The notes beneath the pieces were generated by a model. That model saw nothing but the letters and a program-made list of their open reading frames with translations, made no database searches and had not been told where the DNA came from. From contig CAIMDW010000027.1 of NCBI GenBank assembly GCA_903839895.1, positions 1-35,634 on the forward strand: 35,634 nucleotides of DNA, written 5' to 3'. Numbering within the stretch: the first letter of the stretch is position 1; each line of letters opens with the position of its first letter. Below, piece after piece: positions 7,991 to 15,944 of the stretch. The stretch comes from Candidatus Staskawiczbacteria bacterium. Its GTDB lineage: Bacteria > Patescibacteriota > Minisyncoccia > Minisyncoccales > Staskawiczbacteraceae. Made by a program: the position numbers and the translations under genes.

Positions 7991-9531
7991 TGCGTTGTTC
8001 CCAAGAGATTATTTTTATCAACGCAAAGATAAGTTCCATTGGGCAATTTTGTTGAAACGCAGAAGTCTTGGGCCGCAGACAAGCAAGCCGGATTGCTGCT
8101 TCCATTTTTTATCAAATCTGAAACCGCAGAAATAAGCGACGGACTTTGTGAAGCTCCCTTCGGGGCCTTTATATATCCGTTTGTTGCACAGAGCAATAAA
8201 TATTTCTGGGTTTCAGCAAAAATCGCTTTGGCTGAGTTTCCAATTGCCTGAATGTCAATTCTAATTTTCTCTGCTTTTAAGAAAGGAAGCGCCAAATCTT
8301 CAAATTTGCCTGCGCCTGCGGGTTCTGCAACAGTTATTTGCTTGTTGAAATTGGAATTTGCAATATTAGCTTTTATTTTTGGACTGTCAATTTTTATTTG
8401 ATAAAGCAAATAATCTGTTTTTCCAATCCAAATTTCTGCATTCGTATCTCCAACCAAGTTTGCAATTTGGTCAGCATAAGCTGAAAGTCCGGATTTTGCC
8501 AGCATGGCGCTTGTTTTAGCTTTTGTTACGGTGGCAGAATAATGATAAGTGTCCTGGCCGCTTATAATCTGGCTGCCAAGCTGCTTTAAATTGCTGAATA
8601 AATTTGTGAAATCCAAATTCAGGTTTGGAGTTGGAATTTGTGTTCCTTGCGCTGTCGCCAAGGTTTTTATAGAGTTCTGATCGATTTTAAGCCATTTTCC
8701 TATGACTTTTGCTTTGTCATCGCCAAAAGAAATAGTATTTGAAGGATCGGCAAGTTCATTTACTTTGAAATAAAATACTCCATTCACAAAAGCCATATTT
8801 ATGCTTCCGGTGGCCGCTTGTCCCGCTGCCTGCGAAAAGTTAAACGTGAAATTTCCGTCGGCTTTCGGATTTGAAGCATCTGTAAAATCTGTTTCGCTGT
8901 TTGCATTTATAGCGAATTTTCCAATTTCTATGCTAGTTATAGAATGCATTGCCTTCACATTTTTTGTGGCCGTAACCATATTGTCAACAATTGTCTGGGA
9001 ATTAGGCGAAAATATGCTCCACAAGTAACCTGAATATGGCAAATTCACATATTGTCCGGCAGTGAAATAGATTCCAACCAAAGCAATTAAAATTACTAAA
9101 ACAATTGATAATTTCGCAATAAAATGCGACCTCGGCTTTTCGCTTAAAGTGTACATTGATTGCACAGGCGCTGTTTTTACAGTTTGGATTGGCTGGGCTT
9201 GCGGCTGCTGAACTGGAGTATTCTGCAAGATTACAGACTGGAAAGAAGGCTCGGCCTGGACCTGTGGCTGAACTTGAACTTGAGGCTGTGTTTGAGGGCC
9301 TGGTTGGCTGGCAGGTTGCGGCTGGGCCGTTTGAGGCTGTGATTGATTTATAGGCTGGAACTGGGGTTTTGTCTGTAAAACCGTACTTTGGGTTGGCGTT
9401 AAAGCCGACATGGCTTCGACAACCTCGGCTTCTGTCCAGCCATTTTTATACAACAAAGCGCGGCTCTGGTCGTCAGGCTGTTGCGCTTCCCTTGCCTTTT
9501 TTATGTAATCTAACAAAGCTTGCTCTGGCAT
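7960..9531 (-). CDS. Single-pass membrane protein: small helical N-domain, Q/P-rich linker, TM, LppX/LolA-like beta region, Cys-rich pilin-like C-domain
   Basis: 523-aa ORF with clear compositional blocks. TM LSIVLVILIALVGIYF. GKWLKID, DTYHY, EIWIGKTDYL and SNFNKQITVAEP resemble LppX/LprAFG-type proteins. Domain names are tentative. Confidence 0.65.
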   Translation of the reverse strand: MPEQALLDYIKKAREAQQPDDQSRALLYKNGWTEAEVVEAMSALTPTQSTVLQTKPQFQPINQSQPQTAQPQPASQPGPQTQPQVQVQPQVQAEPSFQSVILQNTPVQQPQAQPIQTVKTAPVQSMYTLSEKPRSHFIAKLSIVLVILIALVGIYFTAGQYVNLPYSGYLWSIFSPNSQTIVDNMVTATKNVKAMHSITSIEIGKFAINANSETDFTDASNPKADGNFTFNFSQAAGQAATGSINMAFVNGVFYFKVNELADPSNTISFGDDKAKVIGKWLKIDQNSIKTLATAQGTQIPTPNLNLDFTNLFSNLKQLGSQIISGQDTYHYSATVTKAKTSAMLAKSGLSAYADQIANLVGDTNAEIWIGKTDYLLYQIKIDSPKIKANIANSNFNKQITVAEPAGAGKFEDLALPFLKAEKIRIDIQAIGNSAKAIFAETQKYLLLCATNGYIKAPKGASQSPSLISAVSDLIKNGSSNPACLSAAQDFCVSTKLPNGTYLCVDKNNLLGTTQCLTYKTACK

Positions 9532-9598
9532 AAAAATATAAAATTAAAATTATTTATTTATTATACCTTTTTTTCAGCCGTCAAGCATGTGGATAAGT

Positions 9599-10705
9599 CT
9601 AAGACGAATGTGTGATATTTATTATTGCTAGCTCCAGAGGAAGCTGCGAGACTGCGGAATATTTTATTTTGTTTTCGGCGTCTATAAAAAATTCAAGCAT
9701 ATCTTGAATGTCTTTTTGGGTTAGGTCTGCGGTTTGATGTTTCATTTTATCTAATTCGGCATCAGACAGGCCGGAATTCTGCAGGTTTAAAAAAGCAGGA
9801 TTTATTTTTAGAAGCAATTGCTGTCGCAGATAAAAAACCAGGGTTTTTGTGAATTCTTGCAAGTCGACTCCGGCTTCCAGTATGGAATTTATGAATACAA
9901 TTGCGTCTTTGGCGTTTTTGGCCACCAGAAAGTCCACGAATTTGGAAATTTCGGCAACTTCCACAATTCCCAGCAATTCCTTTATATTTTCAGTTGTTAT
10001 GGTTGCATTTGGGCCAGAAAAGCTGATGCATTCGTCCAGCAAAGATTCCGCATCGCGGAAACTTCCGCGTGAATTCAAGGCAATCAGAGACAAGGCCGAA
10101 TCATCAAACTTCACGTTTTCTTTTTTAGAAATAAATTCTAGCTTTTTTATGATTTCTGGCACTTGCAATCTTTTAAAATCAAACTTTTGGCATCTGGATA
10201 AGATTGTCGGAATCATTTTGTGCGATTCTGTGGTAGCAAGCAAAAATATTGCGTGAGCCGGCGGTTCTTCCAGAGTTTTTAGCAAAGCGTTTGCCGCCGA
10301 TTTGGAAAGCTGATGGCATTCGTCAATGATGAATATTTTGTATTTTGATTTTACCGGCGAAAATTTCACGCCTTCAATTAATTGTCGTATATCATCAACT
10401 CCGGTATGCGAGGCCGCATCTATTTCAATCAAATCTATTGAATTTCCACCCATAATTTCTAGGCAGGAAGAGCATTTGTTGCAAGGCTCAAACCCTTTTT
10501 CCGGCTTTTCACAATTAATAGCTTTGGCAAAAAGCCTGGCAATTGTGGTTTTCCCGCTTCCGCGGGGCCCTGAAAACAAATAAGCATGGGAAATATTATT
10601 TCCTTTTATAGAATTGGTCAAAGTCTGCACCACATGCTCCTGCCCCACCACTTCCCCAAAGCTCTGCGGACGATATTTCCTGTATAAAACTAAATTATTT
10701 GCCAT
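9599..10705 (-). CDS. dnaX: DNA polymerase III subunit gamma/tau (clamp loader), short form
   Basis: LYRKYRP, GPRGSGKTT, C4 zinc module, EIDAAS, IIDECH, LKTLEEPP, SRC motif. Confidence 0.96.
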   Translation of the reverse strand: MANNLVLYRKYRPQSFGEVVGQEHVVQTLTNSIKGNNISHAYLFSGPRGSGKTTIARLFAKAINCEKPEKGFEPCNKCSSCLEIMGGNSIDLIEIDAASHTGVDDIRQLIEGVKFSPVKSKYKIFIIDECHQLSKSAANALLKTLEEPPAHAIFLLATTESHKMIPTILSRCQKFDFKRLQVPEIIKKLEFISKKENVKFDDSALSLIALNSRGSFRDAESLLDECISFSGPNATITTENIKELLGIVEVAEISKFVDFLVAKNAKDAIVFINSILEAGVDLQEFTKTLVFYLRQQLLLKINPAFLNLQNSGLSDAELDKMKHQTADLTQKDIQDMLEFFIDAENKIKYSAVSQLPLELAIINITHSS

Positions 10706-10726
10706 AAATTTATTTTAATTGATTAT

Positions 10727-10757
10727 AAAAAAATTAGGGGCTTAAATCAAGTCCCTA
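10727..10757 (-). terminator. Probable terminator of the zinc-finger orphan
   Basis: Minus strand TAGGG-A-CTT-gattt-AAG-C-CCCTA then A-T7. The hairpin starts with the stop codon. Confidence 0.55.
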
Positions 10758-10949
10758 TATTAAATCATATAGGCGCGAATGAGGATCTTCTCCTCGATGC
10801 AAACAGGCAATTGCCTTTAATTCGTGCTGATGAGCATTTCTGTCAGCAACGTGCTGTTGTTCAAGGTCACTTGCGCATTTGGCGCAAACAGTCGCTTGCC
10901 AATGCTCAAGTGGCACTTTTCCGCATTGGACGCAAAATCTCTCGGGCAT
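10755..10949 (-). CDS. Small orphan CxxC...CxxC zinc-ribbon protein (64 aa)
   Basis: Perfect SD AAGGAGGT (10955-10962) ahead of ATG 10949. CVQC and CAKC motifs. Confidence 0.7.
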   Translation of the reverse strand: MPERFCVQCGKVPLEHWQATVCAKCASDLEQQHVADRNAHQHELKAIACLHRGEDPHSRLYDLI

Positions 10950-10971
10950 TTTGCACCTCCTTGTAAAAGGA

Positions 10972-11526
10972 CTATTTTTTGAACACAAAAAACTTGTATC
11001 CAATAAAATTCCACAGGCCGGCCGTTATGGCAGCCAGAATTATGCTGAATTCCTGCCAAAGCTTTGCAGGCAAGATTACGGGATTCAATTTTCCGTAAAA
11101 ATAAAACGAAGCGACATTAATTGCCATGCCGCCAAGGGCAATAATAAAAAACTTTATCATTTCCTTGTGCATGCCTTTTGGCTCTGGTTTTTCAAAGCTC
11201 CAATGCTTATCAGAAAAATATTTCACAAATGTTCCAATTATAAAAGAAATTGCCTTGACCGGCAAAGAAAATGGCAGAAATAAGAAAATTAGCTGAAAAG
11301 CTTTTATATCCACAACGTCGGCAAAAGCTCCTGCCAGCACAAATTTCCCTGCCTGATAGATAAAAAGCGCTTTTTGGCGAAGTAGATACAAAATCCAAAG
11401 GCAAAATATTGATAAAATCGGAAAAATTATGAAAGCAATCCAGGCCTTGGAACCAAAAAAATCTATTGCCAGCCAGGAAACCGCCAGCCCGCAAATTGCA
11501 GAAAGAATTACATCTATTTTTTTCAT
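10972..11526 (-). CDS. GtrA family membrane protein with two extra N-terminal helices
   Basis: KFVLAG..A..VD, KHWSF, KFFII, terminal WNFIGYKFFVFKK; about 6 TM segments. Confidence 0.85.
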   Translation of the reverse strand: MKKIDVILSAICGLAVSWLAIDFFGSKAWIAFIIFPILSIFCLWILYLLRQKALFIYQAGKFVLAGAFADVVDIKAFQLIFLFLPFSLPVKAISFIIGTFVKYFSDKHWSFEKPEPKGMHKEMIKFFIIALGGMAINVASFYFYGKLNPVILPAKLWQEFSIILAAITAGLWNFIGYKFFVFKK

Positions 11527-11533
11527 AAGGCTT

Positions 11534-11561
11534 TTATGCTATATTATCATATATAGCATAA
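11534..11561. repeat. Perfect 11-bp inverted repeat in a divergent intergenic gap
   Basis: TTATGCTATAT-tatcat-ATATAGCATAA. Confidence 0.85.
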
Positions 11562-11571
11562 TTTAAACAAT

Positions 11572-12222
11572 ATGGTTTTTGACTGGCTGAAAAATTTCTT
11601 GGAAAAAATGGACCATTATAGAGATGAGTTCCTATTTTTGTTTATAAAACCTTTTTGGCCGAGAAAAATAACCCCAAACCAAATAACTTATGTGCGGATT
11701 GCGGTGGGACTGGTCTTGTTTGTTTTGCTTTTTTTCTTTAATATAGAAAACAAATCTTTGATAGTTTGGCTGTTTATTTTAGGCGTCATAACAGATTTGT
11801 TTGACGGTTCAGTTGCCAGAGGCCTTGGAAAAGTTACCGAATTTGGCGCGATGCTAGATCCAACTGCTGACAGGATTTTGATTTTGCCGATTGCAATTTA
11901 CAGCCTTTACAAATTCCACAGATGGCTTCTGTTGGCATTATTGATAACGGAAATAATAAATGCCATTTTTTCAATGTTTTACAAATCAAAGGAAATTTAT
12001 ATGGAGTCGAATATTTATGGAAAGACAAAAATGGTGCTGATGTGCATCGTGTTTGGCGCCATTCTTATTGTCTGGCCGAATCGTCCGCCAGAAATCTTCC
12101 TGGAAGCGCTTTGGATTTCGCTGATATTTTCGTATTTGAGCATGCTGGCCCGGATAATGGAGTTAAATGAGAAAGGCCTTGTAAAAAATAGAATAATAAC
12201 TAAAGAAATAATTAAAAAATGA
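11572..12222 (+). CDS. CDP-alcohol phosphatidyltransferase (PgsA-like)
   Basis: TPNQIT and the signature DLFDGSVAR-x8-G-x3-DPTAD; GKTK. Confidence 0.9.
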   Translation: MVFDWLKNFLEKMDHYRDEFLFLFIKPFWPRKITPNQITYVRIAVGLVLFVLLFFFNIENKSLIVWLFILGVITDLFDGSVARGLGKVTEFGAMLDPTADRILILPIAIYSLYKFHRWLLLALLITEIINAIFSMFYKSKEIYMESNIYGKTKMVLMCIVFGAILIVWPNRPPEIFLEALWISLIFSYLSMLARIMELNEKGLVKNRIITKEIIKK

Positions 12223-13613
12223 AAATTTTCAACACGCTTTCAAGAAAAAAAGACATTTTTAAAGCGCGTAAAGGAAAACAGGTGAATTTATTCGTATGCG
12301 GTCCCACAGTCTATGATTATTCGCATTTGGGCCATGCCAGGAATTATGTTGTTTTTGATTCTTTCGCGAAATATTTGAAGTTTTGCGGCTTTAAAGTTTT
12401 TTATTTGCAGAATATCACCGATTTAGACGACAAAATTATTGCCAGGGCGCGTGAAAAGCAAGTCACTCCAAAAGATTTGGCAATTGCATTTGAAAAGGAA
12501 TATTTAAAAGATATGAAGGCCTTGGGAATTACCAGCGTTTCAAAATATGCCAGGGCAACTGACAATATAAAACCAATCATCAGCCAAGTGGAAAGGCTTA
12601 TGGATAAGAAATTTGCTTATAAGATAGAGAACGACGGAATTTATTTTAATATTGCAAAATTCAAGGATTACGGAAAACTGGCTGGCCGGACAACTTTGGA
12701 TGCCGAAGACGCGGTTTCGAGGATTGATTATTCAAAAGACAAAGTAAATCGCGGAGATTTTTGCGTGTGGAAATTTTCAGATGGCGAAGACCAGCCAAGC
12801 TGGCCTGCTCCTTTCGGGCGCGGAAGACCCGGTTGGCACATTGAAGATACAGCAATTACAGAAAAGTATTTCGGTCCGCAATACGACATGCATGGCGGAG
12901 CGCGCGACTTGATATTTCCCCACCACCAGGCTGAAATTGCGCAGATGGAATCTATTTCTGGAAAAAGCCCTATGGCAAAATACTGGATGCATGTGGGATT
13001 TTTGACTGTAAACGGCCAAAAAATGTCAAAATCTCTGGGAAACTTCATCACTTTGAATGATTTTCTGAAAAGATGCCCAGTAAATTATTTAAGATTTTTC
13101 ATTTCAAAAAATTTATGGTCCTCCCCTATCGATTATTCAGAGTCTGCCATGATTGAAGTAAAGTCGGCAGTGGAAAAAATTGAGGAATTTTTGAGGAAAT
13201 TGAAAGCTGTGAAAAACCCGAAATCCGACAAAAGGCTCGACGGAGAAATTAAAATATTCAAGAAAAAGTTTTATGCGGAACTGGATGAAGATTTTAATAC
13301 GCCGAAAGCTTTTGCGGTTATGTTTGAATTCATAAAAAGGGGAAACGAATTGCTTGAACAAAATTTGATTTCCAAAAAACAGGCTGGCGATATTTACAAA
13401 TTTTTCCAGGAAATGGACAAGATTTTTGGCATTATAAATTTCCAGAAAGTAAACAAGGCAATTCCCGCCGGAATAAAAAAACTTGCCGAAGAACGCGAAC
13501 TTCACCGCAAAAACAAAGAATGGCAGAAAGCCGACGAAGCTCGCCTAGCAATTGAGAAGCAAGGATTTACAGTTGACGATACAAAAGACGGCCCTGTAAT
13601 AAAAAGCCTTTAA
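12219..13613 (+). CDS. cysS: Cysteine--tRNA ligase
   Basis: CGPTVYD, HLGH, GRPGWHIE, DLIFPHH, KMSKSLGN, DFNTP. Confidence 0.96.
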   Translation: MKIFNTLSRKKDIFKARKGKQVNLFVCGPTVYDYSHLGHARNYVVFDSFAKYLKFCGFKVFYLQNITDLDDKIIARAREKQVTPKDLAIAFEKEYLKDMKALGITSVSKYARATDNIKPIISQVERLMDKKFAYKIENDGIYFNIAKFKDYGKLAGRTTLDAEDAVSRIDYSKDKVNRGDFCVWKFSDGEDQPSWPAPFGRGRPGWHIEDTAITEKYFGPQYDMHGGARDLIFPHHQAEIAQMESISGKSPMAKYWMHVGFLTVNGQKMSKSLGNFITLNDFLKRCPVNYLRFFISKNLWSSPIDYSESAMIEVKSAVEKIEEFLRKLKAVKNPKSDKRLDGEIKIFKKKFYAELDEDFNTPKAFAVMFEFIKRGNELLEQNLISKKQAGDIYKFFQEMDKIFGIINFQKVNKAIPAGIKKLAEERELHRKNKEWQKADEARLAIEKQGFTVDDTKDGPVIKSL

Positions 13614-13618
13614 TTTTT

Positions 13619-13658
13619 GCAAAAAAAAGAGACCTTTGGACAAAACCATTGGTCTTTT
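13619..13658. terminator. Bidirectional terminator between cysS and the orphan pair
   Basis: Minus strand AGACC-AA-TGG-ttttgt-CCA-AA-GGTCT then C-T8-GC. T-rich tail on the plus side as well. Confidence 0.65.
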
Positions 13659-13666
13659 GTTATATT

Positions 13667-13972
13667 TTAACCTTCGACTTCTTGCGGGACAGGAACAGAT
13701 TGTGCCTGGATTTTTTGCCGTTTTGAGGCAAAAAAGTGCTGGGCAATAGTCCTTCTTCCGTTATTGTCGGTTTCAACTCCGATTTTTCTCAATAGCAGCC
13801 AAAATGGAGTCAATGAAATAATCGCATTTTCCGATTGGATCTCGGCCAGCATGCCATGGGCATCCAACCAGGCAAATAGCAAGCCTATTGCGCAGACCGT
13901 TTCCGTATCTGGCGTTTGATCTCTTGAAATTTCATCGACTTTTTGAGCTAAGACGGCAAAGGCATACATCAA
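13667..13972 (-). CDS. Orphan protein (about 100 aa)
   Basis: SD AAGGAGGG at 13978-13985; start TTG 13972 or ATG 13969; terminator follows. Overlaps the upstream ORF by about 40 nt. Confidence 0.6.
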   Translation of the reverse strand: MMYAFAVLAQKVDEISRDQTPDTETVCAIGLLFAWLDAHGMLAEIQSENAIISLTPFWLLLRKIGVETDNNGRRTIAQHFFASKRQKIQAQSVPVPQEVEG

Positions 13973-14471
13973 TGATTCCCTCCTTTTCCTTTATTAAATC
14001 TACTTCGACGATTGCAACCATTTTTTCGTGGTCGTAATCTCTCAACTTTCCAATTGAACATTCCCAAACAGTGTGCTTGGCGTTTGGCTGATTTGGGCTT
14101 TTTGGAGCAACGACAAATTTAACTCCCAGGTCATCACTCGGAATGATTACAGTTTCATTGAATCCCGGAATGAAAGAAAGCGTGTAAAGGCCATTTTCCG
14201 CCGGTATAGCAAGGTCCCGCATAATAAATACTGATACAATGCGGAAATTCCTTACGGGCGCCGTAAAAAGCTCTTTGCGCGGCTGGAAAAAATAATGCAG
14301 GTTTTCGTTTAGCGGCAGACTTGGCCCAACCACAAAGCGGTAAAGGCAACCATGATAGTATTGTTCGCATTCCCACTGCATGCGGCTTGCCGCGCCGTGT
14401 TTTCTGGCAAGAGTAAACATTCCAATCATTTCCGGCAGATCAGCCGGCGGATGTTCAGTTTTTCTAGACAC
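13932..14471 (-). CDS. Orphan protein (about 180 aa), beta-rich
   Basis: ORF 13932..14672 trimmed because the extension overlaps dnaB and the gene's own promoter. SD GGAGGTG favours GTG 14471; ATG 14486 and 14492 are alternatives. Confidence 0.65.
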   Translation of the reverse strand: MSRKTEHPPADLPEMIGMFTLARKHGAASRMQWECEQYYHGCLYRFVVGPSLPLNENLHYFFQPRKELFTAPVRNFRIVSVFIMRDLAIPAENGLYTLSFIPGFNETVIIPSDDLGVKFVVAPKSPNQPNAKHTVWECSIGKLRDYDHEKMVAIVEVDLIKEKEGIIDVCLCRLSSKSR

Positions 14472-14529
14472 CACAGTCACCTCCATTTCCATATTTAATT
14501 TTAAATTTGCTGTTTCTTTAATTTTTGTA

Positions 14530-14558
14530 AAAATAGCATAAAAATACATTGTCGTCAA
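14530..14558 (-). promoter_or_regulatory. Sigma70 promoter for the orphan pair
   Basis: Minus strand TTGACG, 17 nt ending TGc, TATTTT. Confidence 0.65.
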
Positions 14559-14561
14559 GTC

Positions 14562-14596
14562 TTGTTCTGCACTTGCGATTTTGCTAATGTTAACAC
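14562..14596 (+). promoter_or_regulatory. dnaB promoter, probable leaderless start
   Basis: TTGTTC (14562-14567), 17 nt ending TGc, TAATGT (14585-14590), 6 nt, ATG 14597. No SD. Confidence 0.55.
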
Positions 14597-15940
14597 ATGG
14601 ATAAATTGCCTCCGCAAAATAACGAAGCAGAACAGTGCCTTTTGGGATGCTTGATGTTGGACAAAGAAGCAATTGTGAAAGTTGTCGATTTTATTCGGGC
14701 CGAAGATTTTTACAAAGGCGGGCACCAGGATGTTTACCAGTCTATGGCCGAACTTTATGAAAGGGGCGACCCGATTGATATTTTGTCTGTTTCCGCCAGG
14801 CTGAAAGAAAGGAATAAATTGGATGACATTGGAGGCTCGGCATATTTAAGTTCTCTCATAAACACGGTTCCAACCGCAACTCATGTTTACAATTATGCAA
14901 AAATTGTCAGGCAAAAGAAAATTTTGAGGGATTTGATTTCAGCTTCGCAAGAAATAGGCTTGTCTGCATTCAATGAAGCCGAAGAAGTTGATGATTTGCT
15001 GGACAAGGCTGAAAAAGCTGTTTTTGGAATTGGCCAGCGCTCGTTGACGCAGACATTTTTACCCATAAAAGACATTTTAGCCGACACTTTTGAAAGGCTG
15101 GACGAATTGTCAAAAAATGCCGGCCAAATGCGCGGAATTCCGACCAGTTTTACGGATCTGGACAAAATTTTAGGAGGTTTGCAAAAATCTGACTTGGTGG
15201 TTTTGGCTGCCAGGCCCTCGATGGGAAAAACTTCGCTGGCCTTGGATATTGCCAGAAACGTGGCGGTTTTGCAAAACAAGCCGGTGGGTTTATTCTCGCT
15301 TGAAATGTCTAAAGACCAATTAGCTGACAGGCTTTTGGCAAGCTTGGCAAACATAAATTTATGGAACATGAGGAATGGCAGGCTGACGCCGGACGATTAT
15401 TCCAGGCTCCAATACGCCATGGGAAGCTTGTCTGAATCGCCTTTATACATAGATGACGCGGGATCGGTAAATATCCTTCAAATCAGGGCTATGGCTCGCA
15501 GGTTGCAGGCAAACAAGGGCTTGTCGCTGATTGTGATTGATTACTTGCAGCTTATGGAACCTATGAATAAATTTGCTTCTCCGGTACAGCAAGTCACAGA
15601 AAACTCCAGGGCCTTGAAAATGCTGGCAAAAGAATTGAATATTCCGGTGCTGGTTTTGTCACAGCTTTCGCGAGCCGTGGAAGCCCGCACACCTCAAATC
15701 CCTCGTTTGGCTGATTTAAGAGAATCTGGAGCCATTGAACAGGATGCCGATGTTGTCATGATGATTTACCGCGAAGACAAGTACAACGAAAATTCGCTGA
15801 ACAAAAATATTGCCAAAGTTTTGATTGAAAAGCACAGAAATGGCCCGACCGGCGGAATTGATTTATATTTTGATGAAAACCGCGTAAGTTTTCGTAATTT
15901 AGACAAAGGCGAATATACATCTGACGGAGCTATGGGTTAA
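14597..15940 (+). CDS. dnaB: Replicative DNA helicase
   Basis: PPQNNEAEQ, AARPSMGKT, FSLEM, IDYLQL, LSQLSR, DLRESGAIEQDAD, KHRNGPTG. No intein. Confidence 0.97.
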   Translation: MDKLPPQNNEAEQCLLGCLMLDKEAIVKVVDFIRAEDFYKGGHQDVYQSMAELYERGDPIDILSVSARLKERNKLDDIGGSAYLSSLINTVPTATHVYNYAKIVRQKKILRDLISASQEIGLSAFNEAEEVDDLLDKAEKAVFGIGQRSLTQTFLPIKDILADTFERLDELSKNAGQMRGIPTSFTDLDKILGGLQKSDLVVLAARPSMGKTSLALDIARNVAVLQNKPVGLFSLEMSKDQLADRLLASLANINLWNMRNGRLTPDDYSRLQYAMGSLSESPLYIDDAGSVNILQIRAMARRLQANKGLSLIVIDYLQLMEPMNKFASPVQQVTENSRALKMLAKELNIPVLVLSQLSRAVEARTPQIPRLADLRESGAIEQDADVVMMIYREDKYNENSLNKNIAKVLIEKHRNGPTGGIDLYFDENRVSFRNLDKGEYTSDGAMG

Positions 15941-15944
15941 ATTT

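Noticed and set aside
9140..9400. Possible DNA tandem repeat in the Q/P-rich linker
   Set aside because: Low-complexity coding sequence with no regular period.
9532..9598. Replication origin near dnaX
   Set aside because: Only one DnaA box, a 67-bp gap, no box cluster and no dnaA or dnaN in the window.
14493..14672. Extension of ORF 13932..14672
   Set aside because: Overlaps the dnaB start and both divergent promoters.
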